This document shows positions 58,678 to 64,000 of a stretch of DNA of 64,000 bases, in pieces (within the stretch, counting starts at the first letter, position 1; each line of letters opens with the position of its first letter). The DNA lies in the NCBI GenBank assembly GCA_963667845.2, contig CAXXVL010000002.1, positions 1,888,001 through 1,952,000 on the forward strand, in the 5' to 3' direction. Source of the DNA: Smithellaceae bacterium. Lineage in GTDB: Bacteria; Desulfobacterota; Syntrophia; Syntrophales; Smithellaceae. The notes under the pieces are model-generated. The model saw nothing but the letters and a program-made list of their open reading frames with translations, was not told where the DNA came from and ran no database searches. The position numbers were made by a program, and so were the translations under genes.

Positions 58678-58720
58678 AAAAACAGAGGCGGGAAAATCCT
58701 TCGCGGTTCTCCCGCCCCTG
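58678..58720 (-). terminator. Intrinsic terminator downstream of the multicopper oxidase
   Basis: Minus strand CAGGGGCGGGAGAACC-GCGAA-GGATTTTCCCGCCTCTG followed by TTTTT. Confidence 0.6.
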
Positions 58721-58732
58721 CCTGCGTGATAT

Positions 58733-61054
58733 CTACCGGGTGACTTTGTAAGGCCGCATCATTTCATTGTCCTCGTGGTCAAGGATATGGCAGTGCCAGA
58801 CATATCCGGGTCCGCTGGCGGGATTGAATGTGTAAAAGTTCGACCCCGGTCTTGCCAGAAACTTGGGAATGCTGGTCGGTGTCCAGCGCGCCAGAAGCCG
58901 GGTCACCTTTCCGGGGAAGGCCTTGCCCGTATCCTTCCAACCCGCTTCCTCCGGAGCCGGAGGTGTGCGGTCTCCCAAAAGGTAGGGACTGATTGCCGGG
59001 TTTCCTCCGAGCGCCCCGTCCGTATTGGGCACATTGTAGGGACGAGGAGGGCCGTAAGCGGGGCAGGCGACGCCACCGGTGCATGCCGGATTAAAAGCTG
59101 TGGCGGCCGGGAATGCCGCCCCCCACGCATCATAGTACCCGCCGGTGAGAGTTGCTACATCACCGGCAAAAGTCTCTCTGTTCAGGATCTGGAACTGTAC
59201 GAGATGCGTGTGCATCGGATGAGCGTCCGCCGTCAGATTGATGATTTCCCAGAGCTCGGTAGATCCCACCCGCGGCAGTTCACTGACTCCGTCTGCGGGA
59301 AAATCTGCGGCAATGGTCGGAGACGATAGGCCATTCCAATGCGTGTTATTGACCAGCACCTCTACCGGACCGCCCGGACCTTCGTGCTCTTTGAGGACGA
59401 GCTGTCTCACTTTGCTGATCGTCACTCCGGACGAGAGGTGTCCCTGGCCGTCGGCGAGGCGCACGATCGGCAGCGGTCTCCTGCATCCGCCGGCCGCCGG
59501 GTTGCAGCTCGCATCGCTTCCTCTGAGCGGAATAATCTCGAATTGCATGATCTTGTTCACATTCAACTGTCCGGCATCAACGCCCGGAATGAGACCGCCG
59601 GGATACGGCCCCGGAGCGTTGTTGATGAGCGTGATTTTCTGTCCCGCCCGCAATCCGGAAAAATCCACGATGACGTAGTTGCGCTCGCCGGGAGCGATGA
59701 AAACTTCCGCGGGCAGCACGGTTCCATCCGGCCAGGTTTCGCCGGATGTGACGATCGTTTTCCCCGTGACATTTACGGGGGCATCCAGGTAGTTATCATC
59801 CTGGCCGACGATATAGACACGGGGAGCCGGTTCACCGGGTGCGCCGAAACTCATCCGGTACATGCGGGCATTGGAGCCGTCGAGCAAACGAAACAGATAG
59901 CGTCTGGGTTCGACCTGAAGTTTCGGCCAGGGCGCGCCGTTGACGATCACCACATCGCCGAAAAATTCCGGATTCCAGAAGGGATGAATGTTCGGATTCG
60001 GCGGAGGTCCGTTCAGGCAGGGGTCGTTGACCGTGCCGTCTCCGCAGAGCGCAGCCGGATTGGCCGGGTTTCCGTTCGGGCTTCCGTCCGGGAAGAAAAG
60101 CTGCCCGTTAGTGTCAAACTGCCGATCCTGAATGACCATTTCTATTTCATAGGCGCCGGCAGGCAGGTTCCGGGGTTCAAGAAGCGGTTCCCGGATGAAG
60201 TAAAAAGCCGCCAATCCGCTGTAAACGTTGGTGCGGGTAATGCCCAGCGCGTGGTCGTGAAACCAGAGGGTTCCCGGCTCCTGCAGATTCGGATAGATGT
60301 AGGTCGCTTCGCCGGGGGCAGGCGCGCCGTAGGTAAAGAAATCCTTTCCTTTTTGGCCGGTGGGGGTAAACCACTGCTCCGGTCCGCCGTCAACACCCGA
60401 AAAATTTTCCGCGCCATGCAGATGAGCGACGGCGGGAACGGGTCCGGCAAAGGGCTGACAGCACGGATTGCCGGAATTGGCCGGGAGGGTGCAATCAACG
60501 GCCATTCCGCCTGCAACGCACTGCATCGGCCCCGTGTTGCCGAGGGGATCCGCCCAGTGAATCGACTGGTCCGCGGTAATGAGGCCCTGGACCAGCCCGT
60601 CCTGGAAGGGCGGACCTTGAATGTTCGCCGGGTTGAAGCTGGGCAGATGGTTCACAAATTTGACGCGGGTCTGGACGAATCTGCGGGCTTCGAGGGTAAC
60701 CGCGGGCCAAAAAGCGGGACCCAATACTCTGCCGGTGAATGAGTTCGTTGTCTCGTATGCCCAGACGCGGGTTTTGGGATAACCGGGAAGCACCGGCTGT
60801 TCGATTTCCTTCATCGTCACGGTTAGAAAAGGATTCGCCGCAGCGTTAACTCTGGGGAGCGTCGCGTTGTAGCCGGGACCGAAAACGGGGAGCGGTTGTG
60901 TAAAAGCAATCGTGCCAAAGATGCCGTCTCCGGGCAGCCAGATCTGCGGTACCCGGTCGCTTCCCCAGACGGGGCCCGCAGCCAGACTTCCGCAGAGAAA
61001 TACGGCAAGCAAGAAAGACTGGGCAAAATGTTTTGTCAATATTTGCGTGTTCAT
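58733..61054 (-). CDS. Multicopper oxidase (CotA/bilirubin oxidase-like)
   Basis: All four Cu motifs: HLHG, WFHDH, HPMHTHL, HCHILDHEDNEM; signal peptide. Confidence 0.93.
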   Translation of the reverse strand: MNTQILTKHFAQSFLLAVFLCGSLAAGPVWGSDRVPQIWLPGDGIFGTIAFTQPLPVFGPGYNATLPRVNAAANPFLTVTMKEIEQPVLPGYPKTRVWAYETTNSFTGRVLGPAFWPAVTLEARRFVQTRVKFVNHLPSFNPANIQGPPFQDGLVQGLITADQSIHWADPLGNTGPMQCVAGGMAVDCTLPANSGNPCCQPFAGPVPAVAHLHGAENFSGVDGGPEQWFTPTGQKGKDFFTYGAPAPGEATYIYPNLQEPGTLWFHDHALGITRTNVYSGLAAFYFIREPLLEPRNLPAGAYEIEMVIQDRQFDTNGQLFFPDGSPNGNPANPAALCGDGTVNDPCLNGPPPNPNIHPFWNPEFFGDVVIVNGAPWPKLQVEPRRYLFRLLDGSNARMYRMSFGAPGEPAPRVYIVGQDDNYLDAPVNVTGKTIVTSGETWPDGTVLPAEVFIAPGERNYVIVDFSGLRAGQKITLINNAPGPYPGGLIPGVDAGQLNVNKIMQFEIIPLRGSDASCNPAAGGCRRPLPIVRLADGQGHLSSGVTISKVRQLVLKEHEGPGGPVEVLVNNTHWNGLSSPTIAADFPADGVSELPRVGSTELWEIINLTADAHPMHTHLVQFQILNRETFAGDVATLTGGYYDAWGAAFPAATAFNPACTGGVACPAYGPPRPYNVPNTDGALGGNPAISPYLLGDRTPPAPEEAGWKDTGKAFPGKVTRLLARWTPTSIPKFLARPGSNFYTFNPASGPGYVWHCHILDHEDNEMMRPYKVTR

Positions 61055-61208
61055 AACTTCTTCTCCTTTCCGATGTTAAATCAAATAACCTGTTTTTGTG
61101 ATCAAGGGTTTTGTGACCCGCCCTCATCGATTTTGCGGACTTCAAAAAGATTCTTCTTGGGCAGTTTTAAGTTAAGTTGCCGGATCATTGGGTCAATTGA
61201 TAAAAAAT

Positions 61209-61225
61209 TGGTAGAATATTGGCAC
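61209..61225 (-). promoter_or_regulatory. 11-bp-period direct repeat upstream of the multicopper oxidase
   Basis: Minus strand GTGCCA-ATATT-CTACCA. Confidence 0.4.
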
Positions 61226-61353
61226 AGGAGGATAGGTGCTTAAGGCTCGCTCTATCAGGGAATCAACGTTGCTTTATTCAACATGCCCCAGCCGAAAAAT
61301 TCTTTATGCCTATAGGAAGGAAGTTTCTCTTTTTGTGTTTCGGTAGGATTTAG

Positions 61354-61370
61354 CTACCATTAAGCTGACA
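61354..61370 (+). promoter_or_regulatory. 11-bp-period direct repeat upstream of the RAPP leader/TBDR unit
   Basis: CTACCA-TTAAG-CTGACA. Confidence 0.5.
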
Positions 61371-61461
61371 GTTTATGATGATTGCCTATTGAACTTTCCT
61401 GATTTATCTTCATTTCAAAGCAAATGAAGTATTCCCCGAAATGGAGATCGGCGACGTGGGT

Positions 61462-61731
61462 ATGAAGAAAAGAATAATTTTTCTTTTAATATGGCTTCTT
61501 TTCCTGTCGGTTTTTCTGGGAAGCCACTATCACTTTTGCCACTACCATTCACAAAATTGCTCCGTCTGCTCGCTTAGCCAGCCGATGCTTATTCCCCCTT
61601 CGGCGACCGCTGCCGACAGCATCGAACCACTCCTCGTAACCTCGCTGTTCTTTCCATCCGTGGCCCCTGCCCCGGATCATATTTTATCCATCACGCCCAT
61701 CAAGGGCCGTGCTCCGCCGATCCATTCCTGA
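61462..61731 (+). CDS. DUF2946/CruR-like leader protein (CxxC, RAPP arrest motif)
   Basis: Signal/TM; HYHFCHYH..CSVC; Pro-rich linker; GRAPPIHS-stop. Confidence 0.8.
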   Translation: MKKRIIFLLIWLLFLSVFLGSHYHFCHYHSQNCSVCSLSQPMLIPPSATAADSIEPLLVTSLFFPSVAPAPDHILSITPIKGRAPPIHS

Positions 61732-61840
61732 GAAGACCTTTAGTCGTCGTCGAAATATTTTCCGAACCGGAAATGGCACCCCAAAGGCAGCCGGTGAAAT
61801 CGTCTGAATCAAGGGACGTTTATAACATCAGGGAGAGCCC

Positions 61841-62122
61841 ATGAAAAAACGGATGATCATTCTGTTGACAATTGTCCTTCTCCTGGGGTGCGCCGCAGAA
61901 CGCACCGATGAGCCGAAAATCGTTCTCAGCCAATTGAAAGTCGGTGAATCGGTTTATGTCTGCGGATGCCCCATGATGTGCTGCAATTCGATCTCCCGGA
62001 ACCCCGGCCGATGTGTCTGCAATGTTCCGTTCAGGCTGGGCACCGTCACCACGATCAGGGACGGCAAAATCCATGTCACGGTTTCCGGTCGCGAAAAGGT
62101 GCTTTTCATTAAAAACAAGTAA
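61841..62122 (+). CDS. Cys-rich small lipoprotein (heavy-metal-binding-domain-like)
   Basis: Lipobox LLGC; YVCGCPMMCCNSISRNPGRCVCNVP; RBS GGGAGA. Confidence 0.7.
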   Translation: MKKRMIILLTIVLLLGCAAERTDEPKIVLSQLKVGESVYVCGCPMMCCNSISRNPGRCVCNVPFRLGTVTTIRDGKIHVTVSGREKVLFIKNK

Positions 62123-62393
62123 TTGAGTCTGATGCTTCACTTTTTATGGCTGATTTGTATCGCGCCGCGGGTTTTCCAAGTGAAGCCGATTGAGGAAACG
62201 TAAAAAGGGATCTGTTAAGCAAAATGCCCTTTTTAATATAGAAAATTATTCTATCATCAATGCGATAAACAACCACCGCTCACGGGGTTGTGTAAGTCGT
62301 GTTGCGTCTTCCCATCAGCTTCTGCATCCAATCCGCTGCCGATCATCAGGCCAAACGTCCGGACAATTACTGCAAGAATGGAGGTTGGGTTTC

Positions 62394-64000
62394 ATGAAGC
62401 TGAGATTATACCCATTGATCGTTTTCCTGTTGGTCCTCGCGTGTTTCTTTGCCCACGCCGAAGAGCCTGCTCAAGAACAGAAAGCTAAAACAATGGATCT
62501 GGAGGACGTCGTGGTCACGGCAACGCGAACGGAGAGGACGACGGAAGACATTCCGGCCGCTGTGAGCGTCGTGACCAAAGAAAAAATAAAAGATACGAGA
62601 ATGTTCAACCTGAAGGATGCCCTGACCGGAATTCCCGGCGTGCAGGCCGAGTCGAAAAATGGGGGATACGATTCCCGGCTGATCATCCGGGGCGCCGGCC
62701 TGAAGGCAAGATACGGCGTTCGGGAAATCATGATCCTGCTCGACGGCGTGCCCATTACCGACCCGGACGGGATGTCCCGGCTGGATTTTGTTGATGCGGA
62801 GATGGTCGACCGGATCGATGTCGTCAAAGGGCCCAATTCAACGCTTTACGGCGCGAATGCCGCGGGCGGCGTGATCAACATTATCTCCAAGAGCCTTTTT
62901 GAAGAGATCAAGAGCGCCAAGGTCGGATACGGCAGCAACAACACGCAATTGTATAACGGGATTTTCGGGACCCATTTCGGGAATACCTATGTTTCCGTTT
63001 CCGGCAGCCGGCGCTCAACTGAGGGCTGGCGGGAGTGGAATGAATTCAGCACGAACCAGGGAAGCCTGAAAGTCGGACATCTTTTCAGCGAAAAGGCGTC
63101 CATGGAAGCGACGGTCTCGCTGACCAAGGCGGACCTGCAGCTGCCGGGGGCGCTTACCCTGGGACAATTCGAGAACGATATCAGCCAGCTCACCACCGAA
63201 CCCTGGCGGAATATGGGCCGTTACAGCAATATCTTTTATTCCAGTGTGAAGGGGGAAATTGAGCTGGGAAATTTCAAACTCAAGCCGCTGGCCTACTTCC
63301 AGTGGTGGCAGCACTATCATCCCGTCACAGGGTTGATTAACGACGGAGGAGCCCAGGTCTACGGAACGGATCTTCAGACCGATTTCAAACACGCCATAGG
63401 GCCGGTGAAGGCCATCGCCACTGCGGGGATTGCCGGTCAAATCGACAAAACCGACGGCGACAAATACACCTACCGTGATTTTGTGGCGAGCCCCGGCGGA
63501 CGGCTTTTGTACACCACCTCGGACGAAAAAGGCAGTTTCGCCGAGAATGAAAAAAATACGATCAGCAAGTGGGGGGTCTATCTGCAGGAGTCCCTGAGGC
63601 CTTCGGAAAAGTGGATCATTGATATCGGCGTAAGATATGACCAGGTTCTCTTCAACATCCACACGGAACAGTTTACGGAGTATAGCTATGCAATGGGGCG
63701 CTATATCCCGAATCGGCAAACGATTCTCAGGGATACAACCTTCGAGCGCTTGAGCCCCAGGATCGGCGTGGTCTATAAGGCGTTGCCGTTCCTGAACCTG
63801 TACAGCAATATATCGACCGGTTTCCAGACGCCCCAAACCTCGGAACTCGGCCTGAATCCGGATCTGGTGCCGTCCAAAACCTACAACTATGAAACCGGCT
63901 TCAAGGCAAGGTTTGCGGGCGGCCACGGGATCGACTTGTCCCTGTTCTACATCAATGTCGAGGACGATATTGTCCAGACGCAATTGCCGAACAATGAATC
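62394..64000 (+). CDS. TonB-dependent receptor (truncated by window end; absent from the ORF track)
   Basis: RBS GGAGG; MKLRLYPL signal; EDVVVTATR TonB box; IIRG, LLDGVP, RIDVVKGPNSTLYGANAAGGVINII plug; barrel motif NPDLVPSKTYNYETG in the same frame at the window end. Confidence 0.93.
   Translation, partial: MKLRLYPLIVFLLVLACFFAHAEEPAQEQKAKTMDLEDVVVTATRTERTTEDIPAAVSVVTKEKIKDTRMFNLKDALTGIPGVQAESKNGGYDSRLIIRGAGLKARYGVREIMILLDGVPITDPDGMSRLDFVDAEMVDRIDVVKGPNSTLYGANAAGGVINIISKSLFEEIKSAKVGYGSNNTQLYNGIFGTHFGNTYVSVSGSRRSTEGWREWNEFSTNQGSLKVGHLFSEKASMEATVSLTKADLQLPGALTLGQFENDISQLTTEPWRNMGRYSNIFYSSVKGEIELGNFKLKPLAYFQWWQHYHPVTGLINDGGAQVYGTDLQTDFKHAIGPVKAIATAGIAGQIDKTDGDKYTYRDFVASPGGRLLYTTSDEKGSFAENEKNTISKWGVYLQESLRPSEKWIIDIGVRYDQVLFNIHTEQFTEYSYAMGRYIPNRQTILRDTTFERLSPRIGVVYKALPFLNLYSNISTGFQTPQTSELGLNPDLVPSKTYNYETGFKARFAGGHGIDLSLFYINVEDDIVQTQLPNNE

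Noticed and set aside
62288..62488. Short CKSCC-containing ORF before the TBDR
   Set aside because: TTG start, overlaps the receptor out of frame, no signal peptide or arrest motif
63015..63983. 322-aa minus-strand ORF
   Set aside because: Shadow of the plus-strand TonB-dependent receptor, which has clear plug and barrel motifs

Overview
Gene-dense bacterial chromosomal window. Gene content (ADP-forming acyl-CoA ligase, DUF748, sigma54 regulator, c-type cytochromes, a selenoprotein candidate) suggests an anaerobic Desulfobacterota/Syntrophales-like organism, which is inference. From left to right: (1) the 3' part of a Wzy-dependent surface polysaccharide locus (1-12.8 kb); (2) a type II secretion cluster in the unusual order G-D-E-F-H-I-J-K-L-M-(C), with no prepilin peptidase (13.1-24.0 kb); (3) a long copper-related run with cusB-cusA, two TlpA thioredoxins, a cytochrome c, a Cys-rich xPP-ending ORF, two NosL proteins, a LolCDE/MacB-type ABC system and a Cys/His-motif membrane protein, without nosZ (24.6-37.1 kb); (4) a B12 radical SAM plus DarB-type ketosynthase pair, DUF4185-like and DUF748 genes, sensor kinases, an acyl-CoA ligase, a sigma54 regulator, a triheme cytochrome, OsmC and a TlpA (37.8-55.3 kb); (5) a minus-strand run of exported proteins: multicopper oxidase, pentapeptide-repeat protein, FKBP, two tandem paralogues and a rhodanese with an in-frame UGA plus SECIS-like hairpin; and (6) a divergent CxxC/RAPP leader ORF, a Cys-rich lipoprotein and a TonB-dependent receptor running off the right edge. 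Notable signals outside the ORF track are the hidden selenoprotein, two candidate metal-sensing arrest peptides, an 11-bp-period direct-repeat motif in four upstream regions of the metal genes, five copies of a ~55-bp double-hairpin repeat, and a two-state hairpin between gspD and gspE. I recognised no rRNA, tRNA, CRISPR array or transposase. All calls come from reading motifs by eye; no database search was run.
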